A stretch of DNA of 54,160 nucleotides, from positions 1 through 54,160 of the forward strand of contig JAUCBJ010003262.1 of assembly GCA_032718475.1 (NCBI GenBank), in the 5' to 3' direction. Numbering within the stretch: the first letter of the stretch is position 1; each line of letters starts with the position of its first letter. This DNA comes from Nemertoderma westbladi (Eukaryota > Animalia > Xenacoelomorpha). Positions 1-13,512 of the stretch are shown piece after piece. Made by a program: the position numbers and the translations under genes. Below the pieces are notes generated by a model. The model made no database searches, was not told the origin of the DNA, and saw only the letters and a program-made list of their open reading frames with translations.

Positions 1-1493
1 ATTGGTTCGGCCAATTAGCTAACATACTAATAGCAGCTTTATATTAGATCAGGGATGTTAAACGATCATTGTATTTCATTTTGAATTATTGCACACACTG
101 TTATAAATGACTATTCACACTATTATTTTCATTTTTAATTATTATATAATATATTTGTAACGCTCCAAATAATAGCAGCATGCCCGATATAACAGGATAC
201 CGGTCCAAATCTTCCTAAATGTAGAGTGAAAATGTAAAGTAAATGATGCAAATAACTTATAACCAATTCTAATCGACACATCATAGGTTGCGCACCTGCC
301 GCAACCTTAATTACCCGCGGGTGATAAATAACTGAGATAACGTTAGTGCAACACAAATTGGCCATTATCTTCGACGCGTTTACATTATTCGATCTCTCAT
401 GGGAATGCAGGCCACTGCATTACCTGGGAATTTTCTCCTTTTTAATGGGGTTTCGCTTTACAACCAACTGCCATAACAAATCTATAAAATCAAATGAGAA
501 CAATAAATAAAGCATTGGCTTTCTAGTACAAATGGCGGTGGTTTCCCATAAAATGAAGAAATATGTAAATATAAAGCGGGATTAGTTATATCACTTAAAT
601 AAATGTGTTTATCTTCAGTCAAGATAATATTTTGAAAAATATATTTTACTGTATAATGCGTACTGTAATTCTGTAATTTACCCTCACACTGACTGTAGAT
701 TTTCCACAGGCCTCAGTTACTCTATATTATACAGTGTGAATCAGGTACAGTTGCAATGTCAGTATCAATTCGTATAATAGGTATATTCAGTATTGTGGTA
801 CTAATTACTGCACTAATTAATAATTCCATGGGGAGGCTCCACCCGACCGTATTACTACAATATTTATAGTACGATTATTATTTTAGATTATTGATTATTG
901 GTACTTAACAGGCCATTGTTGGTTTCGCGTGAGGATCAGCCAGTGCATAATCAGAAAATCTTTTGCTTTGGCGGCCTCATGGAGTGAATAACCATGGTGG
1001 ACAGCCCATGACTTTCTTGAGACGGCTCTGCAGTAAAAAGGACCATACTGGCCTTGATTATCTGGATAATCTCGCCTTCGGAAAATATAAAGTAAAAAAA
1101 ATTCATTTCAATTAATTTCATAATTTAGCACAACACAAGTTTCTATTATAATAATATTATTGATAGAGTTACCAGCAATAAAAAAAATTATGGATGAGTG
1201 TGTATGTATAGAAAATTGCACAGTTGATGTACTAATTAAATGTCATTGTCTACAGTGCAGTGGTGCCCAATGTCATTGTCTACAACAGTGGTGCACACTG
1301 TCATTGTATTGCGGTGTATTTTTGCCGTTGAACAGTTACTACATAACTCCGGATTTTTGTTTATCCTTCGATCAATAAATTTATCAGAGATCTCATCTGG
1401 TTAATCCGTGTTCAACGGTGCCGAACTGATCGGTTTAAAAGGGATACAGGAAGATCAACGGATTGTCGGCGGCAGTATTAAACAGTTAAATCT

Positions 1494-2130
1494 ACTGGTG
1501 TAAAAGTATGTGCTGTAGTACATAGGTGTAGTACTGGTGTACAGTATGTACTGTAGTACATAGGTGTAGTACTGGTGTACAGTATGTACTGTAAGTACAT
1601 AGGTGTAGTACTGGTGTACAGTACGTACTGTAGTACATAGGTGTAGTACTGGTGTACAGTATGTACTGTAGTACATAGGTGTAGTACTGGTGTACAGTAG
1701 TATGTACTGTAGTACATAGGTGTAGTACTGGTGTACAGTATGTACTGTAGTACATAGGTGTAGTACTGGTGTACAAGTATGTACTGTAGTACATAGGTGT
1801 AGTACTGGTGTACAGTATGTACTGTAGTACATAGGTGTAGTACTGGTGTACAGTATGTACTGTAGTACATAGGTGTAGTACTGGTGTACAAGTATGTACT
1901 GTAGTACATAGGTGTAGTACTGGTGTACAAGTATGTACTGTAGTACATAGGTGTAGTACTGGTGTACAGTTTTACTGTAGTACACATAGGTGTATACTGG
2001 TGTACAGTATGTACTGTAGTACGGTGTAGTACTTTTTTTTTGTACATACTGTAGGTGTAGTACTGGTGTACAGTTAGGTACTGTAGTACATAAGTGTAGT
2101 ACTGGTGTACAGTATGTACTGTAGTACGTA
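1494..2130. repeat. Minisatellite, ~38-bp unit (GTACTGTAGTACATAGGTGTAGTACTGGTGTACAGTAT), about 16 copies
   Basis: Tandem unit read directly; four GTAC per unit; overlapping Tyr/Thr-rich ORFs are repeat artefacts. Confidence 0.95.
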
Positions 2131-5100
2131 GGCCTACCTGTACCGGTACTGTTTGTCTTCGTATTTTCCTTTTACTTAGAGAGTTTTACTCGCAATAGGA
2201 GAGCTCATATTGAGATATACCACTTTGACTCAATAACAATCAAGATCCGAGGCCGATATTGATAATAAAGCCAATAACATTGTTATTCAACAAAAAAACC
2301 ATACGTCTCTATTACACATCACCTTTACGTATTTGAGTCATGGGGCCGACAACAATAAAAAAAGAGAAAATGGTATAACATATATAGTTATGAGGCTCGC
2401 TCATTATTTACAAAGTCTTTCAACATAACCGCCCCAGCCAACTTATGCCAGATTTGTTATTCCATATAAGCGACTCCAAGGTCAGATTTCACATCCTTAC
2501 AACACATCATATCCTGAAGAAGTGTCTTTTATTCAGGCACACAAGACCCCCCCCCCCCCCCCCCCCCACCCCCCAATGTTTTTTTTAAATCTTAATTAGA
2601 TTGCATGAAATTTGAAACAGAGATCGTTTCATCTCCCGACCACTTAGTGGGTGAGCCAAAATTTTATTTTTGTTTTAGTTCTTTAGCTACAAGCGTTTGA
2701 AAAAAGTGTATCCGTAAAATAAATCTGAATTTCGCTGAAAAAATAGATGGGATATGTTAGTTCGAAATTTGCATTGATTGGCATGCACGAGTCTACTTTA
2801 CAGTATTTTCTATTTAAGAAATACTAAAGAGACTATATTCTTGAATATGGTGTATCTATAGAATGCCGTGTAGTATAACCAGATAACCAAATACTACCAT
2901 ACAGAACCGCGTGATTTCCTTCAAATCAGCAGACACAATCATAGTTATAACCTGCAGCGTAACTTTCCTAACATAAATTATTATTTGTACGTGTGTGTGG
3001 TTGGACCAAACCATATATGTATCGACTGTAATTATACATTCCATTGGAAACGATCGGAAGAATAAATACTTTTAAATAGGGATATATGCCAAACTCCAAG
3101 TCACAATGTACACAATCTGACTAAAGGATTTTATTACCTACATAACCAAATGGGCGTGGTATGTTTAATGTACCATGAAGTTTATAGTTGCCCTGTCGCC
3201 CTTGGGGCTTAAAGAAAAAACGAGGGAAATTTAAACAATAATTTCGCCTGAATTAAAATTAGAAATGAATATTTTCCAGAAATCTGACATATTATCATTC
3301 TGTATTACTTTCCCAGGTAATAATTAATGTCAATATGTTAATACAAGTGTGTACAGGACTGTGTTATTATAAGTTTAAATTGTGACAGGCCCACCTACCT
3401 AGAAAACCGTCTGACAGTAAGCTAAGCAACGATAGTTGCTAGAGATGAACAATAGGTTTGCCGTTATGGGCCAAGAAGTACAAGTTGACAGTTGATGGTT
3501 CACTGGGGCAGGGGAGGAGGGGGGTCTGACAGTGAGTTATTATTGAAACGGCCAAAAATGTTGGCCCTTATTTTACGTAGGACAGTAACCATTATCTCTT
3601 GCTGTTAACTTGCGTGTGGGGCCCTAAATGTTATCCAGCTAGGCCCCTTTATGGATACCCAGATTATTTGGCACAAATCTCCTTCTTATATCCCTCCCAT
3701 AAGGTCGCATTCAGAACATATCCCCGCCCTCCCCATAATGAGTTGGCTGTAATGTAAGGCACTGCGGTGGTTAATTACTCCCAACCTACTAATAGTACCG
3801 GTAGGGCCTATAAGGTTTGATAGAATGTCCCTTATATCCAACATATATCACTTTATTGCGATTTAATCAAATTATTTTGTTACTTTTTGTATTACTTTTT
3901 AAGATAAGAAAATCATTTTCTATTTTTTTTTTATTTTCACCGCCAAAATTATCATCATATAATAATAGTAATATAAATAATAATGCTGTATTGTCTTTGG
4001 ATTGTAATGGAATTTAAATGAGATCTTACGCAATTCTTACATTTTCTTTAATTTCATTTTGTGAATGATTTTGAGGAGTATGTTAAATAATATGGTAAGT
4101 AAAATATGTCTAAATACAGTCGATATCGATAAATTTATCAAGGCTGAGTAAAAATTGCGAGACAAAGTTAGAGTTCATTGTTGTACAAAAATTACATTCC
4201 TCCACTGCTAACAAGAAAAAAAATAGCATTCTATGTTTAATAATGTAGCATTTTTAATAACAAATTTTGAGAACAACATTGAAGTTCTCAAAATGCTAAT
4301 TTAATTTTACATATGTGAGAAACTATTCTGTAGCTAGCACGCCAACCTATTTACATCTGTATATAAACCCTTTTAGGACAAACTTTATGGAATCTGCAAA
4401 TACAAAATAAAAAGATGTGTGAAACTGGTTGGAACTTTTCAATGCGTCAACATATAATTAAATATTGGGATAAATAAAATAACCATCCAAGCATTAATCT
4501 TAGAAATAAAGCAATAATCTTAATGACCAACAAGGGCAACTGAATACACTTACAGACGATAGGGAGCGGAATACTACTTGCAAAAAGCAAATCGTGCAAT
4601 TGTTCCAAAATAATGGGTATATCCACAATAAAGACTGTCAATTATTTGAGACTAACTAATAGGTATTACCTAACTCTGTGCCTTGTATAACACGCTTCAC
4701 GCCCTGAGGGTGGCTCAAAAACAAATATTTTATTTGAATTTTTTCTTTGTGTGTAGGCGGAGTGTATAGTGTGCACACTGTATCTATGTAGTAAAATAAA
4801 ACCCCCTCGGGCTGACTGGTACTGTGTCAGAATGAAACACATCACACCGCACACCCAGACAGGGGGGCATCTTGCATCTGCCTTCGCTCACATAATAATG
4901 AAAGGAATTCTGTATTATTCTGTATGCGCACGCTTCTGATTGGCTGATTTAGTCGATTTATGATCTGTGTTGCAGAATATATATTCTTCTGGATAAGATA
5001 TGCCCTCAAAATAAAACTCATCAACTCCAAAGTTTCTGTACAAATATAAGATCCATTTTAAATCGCCTATGTTTTAATTAATTGCTGATAACACAATTTT

Positions 5101-5264
5101 ACTTGCAATTTATACTGTCAAATATACGAACTATAACTGCACCGTTGATGTACGTTGGATATTATGAAGGTAAGAAGAACTAATAAGGTGATAGTTTAAT
5201 CTAAATACTTTAGAAACAGTGTGTAAATCCATTTATGTAGGGTGTTTTTTTTAATTTGAGATCA

Positions 5265-5516
5265 AGTTAACTGACGTTAATACTTATTTTGTTGTTTATA
5301 ATTTTATACCGTCTTACATGTATAATGAATAATGCAAAAAATAAAAATGTTGGTACACAGGCTATACTATATTAATGCCTTTGTATTTATAATAAAAAAT
5401 ATTGGATAACTATGGTTACATTTAAATACATTTTAATAAACATTACAATGTAACCAGGCAATAATTATTTATAAAAATATTTATTACTTCTGGGACAATA
5501 GTAGTTTCACTATTCG
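5265..5516 (+). repeat. Left copy of ~252-bp direct repeat flanking the LINE fragment
   Basis: AGTTAACTGACGTTAATAC...TTTCACTATTCG recurs at 6652-6903; only two adjacent substitutions noticed. Confidence 0.93.
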
Positions 5517-6651
5517 AGGGAAGGCACCGAGCTGGTGGTGAGAGCATTTAAGGAAAAGACTCCCCTATCAGTGGAGGATCATAAAACGTTGCTACAGGGA
5601 ACCATCCGTGAAACTAGGTTGAGGGAGGCAGTGCGGGCGAGCGAGGTTCAGACAGAGCGAGGTACAGTATTGGGGGCAATGGTGCCAGATCGAGCGCGAT
5701 CAGTGAAGCGCCAGCTGGACTCGAAAACTGCTGGCTGGTTAAGCGTGACCCCATCAGACAGGCATTTCAGCGCAGACATTCCGCGACGCCCTGTGTCTGC
5801 GGTATGGTTATACTCCCCCGGAGTTGCCATCACACTGTGACGGCTGTGGTGCTATCTTCACCATAGACCACGCCCTGAACTGCAAAAAGGGCGGGCTGAT
5901 ATGTCGTCGACATGACGAAATGCGGGATGTGATCGGCGAGTTGTGTGGGTTGGCCTGGGGTACGAGTGCAGTCAAGCGGGAGGTAGTGCTACGAGAGGGC
6001 CAGTATCTTGGAGACGCGGGAGTCCGAACAGATTTGCTAGTCCGGGGCGTATGGGCACCACAGAGGGAGGCGTCGTTCGACGTATGCGTTACAAACGCTG
6101 ACGCTCCCTCATATCGTGCCCGTACAACAGACAGTATCCTCTGCGAGAAGGAACGAGTCAAAAAGCAGCACCACTGTCGCATTAGCGAGCAGCTGCGCCT
6201 GACCTTCACCCCCCTAGCGATGACTTCGGATGGTGTGTGGGGCAGAGAGGCATCTCACTTTATCCATCACTTGGCGGCAAAGTTGTCAGAGAAGGACAGT
6301 TGGAACGAGAAACCCCCAGGATTCGTTCTCGGATGGGTTAGGGCCCGTCTGTCCATCGCGTTGGTGCGCGCTGTGGGTTTGTGCCTTAGAGGGGGGCGAC
6401 GTTCGTGGCGGCTACTGGGGCTGGATGACGGCGCAGGTGCTTGGGTAGCAGACTGAAGAGTTTGGTTGGTGAACCCATGTCAACTCTGTTCATAAATCTT
6501 AAAGTTACCGTGCTATACGGAACTGTTACCTTATTAATTGCGATAGAGTAAATAATAAAGATTTGAGTATTTAAAAAAATTATGTGTAAAAAATTGCTTT
6601 TTTGAGGTGAAAATATTAACGAATAAAAACACCAAATGTATGCCATATCTC
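5517..6651 (+). mobile_element. 5'-truncated RLE-type non-LTR retrotransposon (CRE-like), 3' end only
   Basis: GC-rich island encoding GWLSVTP, FRDALCLRYG, zinc knuckle CDGC..HALNC, RRHD, DLLVRG, FDVCVT, EKERVKK, FTPL..SDGVWG, RLSIALVRA; typical C-terminus with restriction-like endonuclease. Confidence 0.85.
5535..6456 (+). pseudogene. Frameshifted C-terminal LINE ORF (zinc knuckle plus restriction-like endonuclease)
   Basis: ORF 5535-5840 carries GWLSVTP, then motifs continue in the frame of ORF 5824-6456; frameshift near 5770; no RT core present. Confidence 0.8.
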
Positions 6652-6903
6652 AGTTAACTGACGTTAATACTTATTTTGTTGTTTATAATTTTATACCGTC
6701 TTACATGTATAATGAATAATGCAAAAAATAAAAATGTTGGTACACAGGCTATACTATATTAATGCCTTTGTATTTATAATAAAAAATATTGGATAACTAT
6801 GGTTACACATAAATACATTTTAATAAACATTACAATGTAACCAGGCAATAATTATTTATAAAAATATTTATTACTTCTGGGACAATAGTAGTTTCACTAT
6901 TCG
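6652..6903 (+). repeat. Right copy of ~252-bp direct repeat
   Basis: Near-identical to 5265-5516. Confidence 0.93.
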
Positions 6904-8520
6904 CGAGGGATTTTATTTACTGAGTTCCAGTGAAGTAAATAAAGAGTCGAGAACATATTTAAAAAAAAATTCATTTTTTACCATGTAATACGTATATAAT
7001 TGTATTCTTAAATTGGTACTTGTTTGTTGCTTTATAAATTCTTTAATAAAATATAGAGCGATATAGTGTTACCAACTAAATTGAACTGCTGTAGTTGTTT
7101 ACTAATTGCTTCCATAGTTACTGCGATTCCAATTATAATAGGTACTCATTTTGCTGCGTTACAGTTAAGTTAAATATTTTAGTGTTGGAGTAAGTCTTGC
7201 AGACACTAAAGTTGCAATAACATTTGAATGTGTGTGGGCCACATAGAGTTTGCTCAAATGACGCGTAAACCTTTTCTAATTCGATGCTCTTTCAACACAT
7301 GTAATCAAATTTAAGAAATTCCGCCATAACTTTTTCTCATTTTCTTTTGTGTTTTTTTTCGCCGGGAAAAAAAGTCAAATTAATGCGCAATCCTATGGGT
7401 TACTACAGTATATCCAAGGGAAGCTATCTTTTTTCTCCCGATTTTGGGGTTGTTCAGGCGAAAAAGTAACAATTTAGTAAAAAAGTTTATTACAAACGAA
7501 TGACATTTTACTTCCAAGATTCTAATGGGGAGAAAATTTCCAGTTCTTACTTTTTGTAAATGCGGGAAATAAAGATACTGAATTATAATGTCTCCCTACA
7601 TCTGAAATTATTAATCAATTATTTTTCATAACATTTCATTGAGTGTTTCATTTATTTATTGACTTCGATTGTAATTTACTGTCCATTGTACCGCGTAGCT
7701 CCGTCGAGCAGCTCACCTTGTAAGGTAATTACTGTCAATGTTAGTAGTAATTTACGAGTTGTACATTAATATTTAATGACTTGACACACGTAGAAGGCAG
7801 TTCTACAATCCACCACGATTCTTTCACCAAAAGTGTAAGCGTGGATGATTAAAATTTATTGAATTGCCTATCTGTCTGTATTAAGATTGATTTTTATCTT
7901 ATATTCCCTGACAATTATAATTTACACATAAAATAATTAATTTTGTAATTAATATATATTTATTACAATTTTGCGCGTTATATATAAATTCAGATTATGT
8001 AAATTTTTTGAGAGATAGCATATTTAAAGTTCTAGAGGCCTTCAATTTTCGTTGGAAAAAATTGTCATGATATATATATATAGTTAGTGTGACCTTATTA
8101 ATGAGTAATTTGATAACGATTTCAAATTTTTCATATTAAATTCATGAATTCATGACTACCGACTCTAACTAACTAAATATTTGATTTCATCGTTTGTCCT
8201 TCATAAACATACAAACAAGCTACTTATAAAACCTTTGTGAATTGTTTTCACTTCTATAAGTTTGACAGCATCGGCTTATTAGGCTGATAGAACTGAATTA
8301 AATATGCCTTGGTTTCTCACAACAGCCCATTGTAGGATTATAGTTTGCCACACCCAAATCTCTGGTTGTTTCTTCGAAAACAATTTTTGTAAATGTGCCG
8401 GTGTTTAAAGCCGCAGTACAAATTATTAAGAAGATAAAGTTAAATAGCCTCTCGAATTATTTTGCAATTTTTTTTGTTTTGATTTGGTTTTCTGGGCGAA
8501 TATTTGGAGTCAGGGGGGGG

Positions 8521-8745
8521 GGGGACTGGACGCAAATCCCATCTTGGCGAATTAATATCACGCCTCAATTTTAAATTCTCAATTTAGTGAAAGGAGCAGG
8601 TTACAGTGGCTCGTTATTTTAACCAAAACAATAAACTAAACACAACAGAACAGGTTACAGATTTATTTTTGAGAGTTTCAGCTATAGTTTGCGTTCAATT
8701 TCCCCTGGAGAAGGATGGGTTTTTATTGCGTCCAGTTTCGCCCCC
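8521..8745 (+). mobile_element. MITE, ~225 bp, TIR core ACTGGACGCAA / TTGCGTCCAGT with G/C-run ends
   Basis: Own terminal inverted repeats; a diverged second copy lies in opposite orientation at 11067-11291. Confidence 0.8.
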
Positions 8746-9003
8746 TATGTATCCGTAATTGTGTCACATAAAGCAGACATACAACATATCAGGTGGAATA
8801 TGCGTAAAGATGTCAGACTTTCAATGTGGAGATTAAAAGTTAGAGATACTTTTCTGGTTGGAATTCAGAGACATCTTTGATGAGTTGCCTCAAATAACAA
8901 TAATACATTATGGGGAGTTTAATTTTTATGAAACTGAAACTAATTGTAATTTTAATATTTTCATTATTTCCTGTGTAATAAATAAATAAAATTTACAATC
9001 GAA

Positions 9004-9015
9004 TTTATTTTTCAG
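9004..9015 (+). promoter_or_regulatory. Probable 3' splice acceptor upstream of the four-jointed coding exon
   Basis: TTTATTTTTCAG after an AT-rich stretch, ~160 nt before the ATG. Confidence 0.5.
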
Positions 9016-9173
9016 ATTATCGATTTTATAATAAAGAGATACTGCATAATTGGATTGTTGGAATGCAGCTGCTAATCGAAGGTATATGGTGTCATTAAAA
9101 CGGGAATCGCAATAAATAATTATCTCATTAATGATAATTATATCCCTGATTGCTATTTATAAGCTCCTATATT

Positions 9174-10415
9174 ATGCTATCGGCACTGAAAAGGAAAACT
9201 ATGACTGCGTTGCTAACTAGTTTCAGTTTCACTTTGGGATTTCTTGTTGCCTGTATTATAAACATTCAAATTGGTGGTTCAAACCTTTCCGATCGTCAGT
9301 TCGTTGAAACTACATTAGATGGCGCTGCGATTAGGGGCAATAAAGATAGGGATACCGCTCTCCCATTGCATAGGAATATACAAAGTTCAGACTCTATAAA
9401 TAGTAATGACGTCACTTCCGTGCCAAGATTAAATTCTAAACTTAAGTACAAACAAACCTACAGCTTACCTAGCAGTATTACGGTCGATGGTATTTATTGG
9501 TCGCCCGAGTTGGAGTCTATTATTCCTAACGGATTCCATGGGGATCATCCAACCCAGTGGATGGCGTCAGTGCGCAGTAACAAAGTCGTCGGATTGTCGG
9601 AAGGTTGCGGTCGGATGTTAAACCGACGACTGTTGCTGGGCGACGGCAGTTACGTGTGCGCGCGTTACCGTACCAACACCGACCAGATACAAGGGGAGGT
9701 CTTCGCGTATTATTTGTCTCGGGTTTTAGGTATTTCCAACGTACCTCCGGTCTCCCTAGCTTCAGTTGGAACGTCGATTAAACTCCCTCCAGATCTTCCG
9801 GACCTCCCGGAATGGAAACCCGATAAACTCGTAATTCTCTCGGAATTCGTTTACGATTTAATTCCAGCGTTTATCCCTGAGGAATTCCGCGGAGAGAATC
9901 GAAGTTTATCCAGACTGTCTGATCGTTTACAACCGGTAGCCAACACAAACATTAGCGAGTTATTAGAACTAGTACAGTGGTCCGATATGGTTGTGTTCGA
10001 TTATATAACAGCGAACTTCGATAGAGTTACTAATAATATGTTCAATCAGCAGTGGAACCAACACATAATGGAAGCACCGGTACACAACTTAGAGCAGACA
10101 GCGGCTAGCGGTTTATTAATACTCTACGATAATGAATCTGGACTGCTTCACAGCTACCGGTTGCTACAACAATACCGCAGTTACCATGACTCGTTGCTAA
10201 GGTCTTTGTGCGTATTACGTCGCGCCACCGCGCGGCGTATCGCCGAACTCTACGCGAACCAGTCTGTCTGGGAGGAAGTCTGGCGAGAATTCACGACGAC
10301 CGAACCTTTATGGAACTTTGTGCCAAAAATACCGAGAAAAAACATTGAAATTTTAAATAGGAGAATCTCAGATGTTTACAATCAAATTGAAAGTTGTCGG
10401 TTTAGATATTCTTAA
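9174..10415 (+). CDS. fj: Four-jointed / FJX1-family Golgi Ser/Thr kinase (type II membrane protein)
   Basis: N-terminal hydrophobic anchor; GIYWSPELE, GCGRMLNR, CARYRTNTDQIQGEVFAYYLSRVLGI, QWSDMVVFDYITANFDR, HNL, catalytic DNESGL. First ATG 9174 (alternative 9201); the ORF track starts at an upstream TTG. Confidence 0.95.
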   Translation: MLSALKRKTMTALLTSFSFTLGFLVACIINIQIGGSNLSDRQFVETTLDGAAIRGNKDRDTALPLHRNIQSSDSINSNDVTSVPRLNSKLKYKQTYSLPSSITVDGIYWSPELESIIPNGFHGDHPTQWMASVRSNKVVGLSEGCGRMLNRRLLLGDGSYVCARYRTNTDQIQGEVFAYYLSRVLGISNVPPVSLASVGTSIKLPPDLPDLPEWKPDKLVILSEFVYDLIPAFIPEEFRGENRSLSRLSDRLQPVANTNISELLELVQWSDMVVFDYITANFDRVTNNMFNQQWNQHIMEAPVHNLEQTAASGLLILYDNESGLLHSYRLLQQYRSYHDSLLRSLCVLRRATARRIAELYANQSVWEEVWREFTTTEPLWNFVPKIPRKNIEILNRRISDVYNQIESCRFRYS

Positions 10416-11066
10416 AAAATTTGTCTAATTTATTAGTATTTAGTACTTTTGGAACACAAATTTAATTTGATTTTTCTTAATTTTAATGTGCACACAGTAT
10501 TTTTGTTATTAATATTATATAAGAAAACATCCATAATAAACAATAATTTTTTAATCTATATTCAACATGTTTTAAAGGACCTTTTATTTCTCCGAATTAA
10601 TTTATTATTTATGGCGACTAAACTTGACATGTCCCATCCCAATCATTCATTATCGAAAATATCTAAAATAATATTAAAATATAAATCTGGTAAATATAGA
10701 GATAAATATAATTTTGTAGTCATTGGCTTACTAATTTTTAGCAAGATTTATTATTAAATTATTAAAATTACAGATCTTTGAACTGACTGTATCCTATCCA
10801 ACAACTTGACTATCCTAGCTAATACTGTAGACTTCCACTATTGCACACATAAAACACCATCGTCAACTTCAATTTCTGTGATTGGCCAAGAAATATTTTA
10901 ACAGCCGTGTTGTAAATGCAAAATGTATTTCCCAATCGACCTAAAAATATATAATAATAATGATAATATAATAACACTATAACTAACTAAATTATAATAA
11001 CGAACAACAGATACTGTGGGAAACTGTCATTGATGCCATGAAAATTGACACCAACAAATATCAGAT

Positions 11067-11291
11067 GGAAACTGGACGCAATAAAAATTAATCCCTCTCC
11101 AGGTGAAATTCGACTCAAATAATAGCTGATTACTCTAAAAAATAAAGCTATAACCTGTTCAGTGTTTAGTTTATTGTTTTTGGTTAAAATAACGTGCCAC
11201 TTTAACCTGCTCCTTTCCCCAAATTGACAATTTATTTAACATTGAGGCGGGATATTAATTCGCCAAGATGGGATTTGCGTCCAGTTTCCCC
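11067..11291 (-). mobile_element. Second copy of the same MITE, inverted; further fragments at ~11300-11340 and ~11452-11490
   Basis: Reverse complement aligns along the length of 8521-8745; ends GGAAACTGGACGCAA...TTGCGTCCAGTTTCCCC. Confidence 0.8.
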
Positions 11292-13512
11292 TCTGTCTCA
11301 CAAATTGAACGCAACTAACACCTGATTGCTCTGAAAAATTATACTGCAACATGGAATTGATGTAATTTACTATTATAATAATTTATACTATTGGGCTATC
11401 ATATAATATATCATAGTCAATAAATTGCAAACGTTACATATATAGGCCTTCGTTTATTGTTTTGGTTAGAATAACGAGTAACCTGCTCCCGGCACACGGA
11501 TATGAAATATCCGGATATGGAACTACTGTATAACACAAAAAAAGGATATTTTTCTCAGCCTAGGCTAAGATAACTGGGAAGTTAATTTCAAGAGGGAGTT
11601 ATCTCAGCCTTGTACACCGGCATCAAAAGACGAAGTGTATCTGGTAAATCAACTCGTTAAATTTCGCTTCAACAATAAGATTTATATTTCATTAAAATTG
11701 CGAGAGACTTTTTCTGATAAACGGCCCAAAAGAGTTTGTCATTAATATTTAAGAATCTCAGAAATATAAAGAATCGCAAAGTCTTGGTACAAAAGACAGA
11801 CAAACAGACATTTTATAATTACAGTTGTATAGGATATCGAATAGCCTTTAGGTGGTTCCACACACGATCCAGGTCCACGCATCCCATCCAATCATTGTGG
11901 CTGTTGTAACTTATACCGAAAAATGTATAATTATTGAGCTGCAAATATAATATCGTTGTAGCCAAGTCCTCAAGGCAGTGGTGGGCTAGGCACAGACATA
12001 TTGATTGCCGCTGTGAAAATAATAATTATGGCTAATACAGACAACTTGTGAGTTAGTGAGCTAGAATTTTATATTTTCGTTATAATTCTTTAGCTACAAG
12101 CGTTAAAAAATATTTCTCGGTCTAAATTACACCAATTAAACCGTAGTAGCTGTTATTCAACAATGTAGTTTCTTTGTTCCAAATGAAATAAGGCCAAGTA
12201 CGGATGTGTCAATGTGCTAAATGTGCTAAATGAAAAGATAATTTTCTGTTTAATCGTATAAGAGAGTTATTAAGAATTCAATAAATAATTATAAGGAGAA
12301 TTTAAGCTCTTCTATAATCTTAACATTTTGTACTAAATCCATTTATAATTTCCACTTATCTTCAATATGAATTAAGTTTTAATTAGTGAAAGAATATCTC
12401 CAACCCTGACGGTTTGTCTATCTATGTGTAAAGGTTATGAGTTATTCAATCTGCCACGATATTACAAACTAACACTAATAACATGTGCATGGCTTAGAGA
12501 TCCAATTAAAAATACATATTCGAGAAAATATCGATTTCTTGGCCGCTGTTTGTATATAAGTACAAGCTGCTGCAGATCTTCCCATTGATTGAATGTTTGC
12601 ACAATAAAGAATTTGATTCTCACCGCGAAACTCTATATGAAATTGATTGAAGACCCTCATTTAATAAGTCGTAAAACAGGCATTGCGGGGCCATCTGCTC
12701 CAATACAGTATGTCTATATAATGCAGTAAAGACTCCCAGCTAAGCCAGTAAAGAGCTCCAGTAGAGGGGAGTTAAACGAAAACGCTATAAGGGCGTTATG
12801 TAGTGGACGCTGGGAGTTTATTAAAATAGTTCAATCGATAGTTTTAGAGATGTGCCGGTTTGATAGAGAGGATCGGAAACGGTGGCTTTCTATCGTGTGG
12901 ATCGCCTCTCCACAGGTTTACGGTACCGCAGTCGAAACTACTTCCCTCGTTGCTACACGGCCATAGTGGATACAGTGATATACCGGTTTACTGGTTTACT
13001 AAATGTGGGGCGAGCCACGAAAGTAAGCGAGCTTAGCATATGGGATGGGTGCCACTAACTCAATCGGTCTGTCTGTCTGTCGTTCTGTCATTATGTTGTG
13101 TTCAATTTTAAACGTTATTTTTATTAAAAAAATAAAAAAATAAATTTTTAGTGATTGATCATATAAAAAAATTAATTTTTAGTGATTGATCATATAAGTT
13201 GTCACCTTTTGAATTCTTAAAATATTATTATATATATTATTATATATATATTATTATTAAATACAGCAACCTTCATATTATGTAGTGTAGTTGCGTCCCT
13301 TCCCATTGAACAGCTTTGCATATAGCCTTAGAGAGAGTAATCCCAGGCCCCTAGATGTGATTAACCTATAAAACATTTGAACGGCCCAGTGCTTAAAATT
13401 CAATCACCTGGCCCTCCCAGCTAACATAAGAGTGAGTAACCAGATATTATCTTAGCATTAACTGGGAAGACTACTACTACTAGGATCGGCATGCTGCATT
13501 GCAGCTGCATTT

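Noticed and set aside
397-408. Overlapping Su(H)-like and TEAD-like site (ATGGGAATG) as a four-jointed enhancer
   Set aside because: Single short motif ~9 kb away; expected by chance without conservation data
1455-2047. Tyr/Thr-rich ORFs
   Set aside because: Translations of the 38-bp minisatellite
2514-2548. Hammerhead-like CTGAAGA plus stem II
   Set aside because: The GAAA core is missing (ACAAGAC instead)
10449-10757. 102-aa ORF after four-jointed
   Set aside because: TTG start in an AT-rich 3' UTR; low complexity
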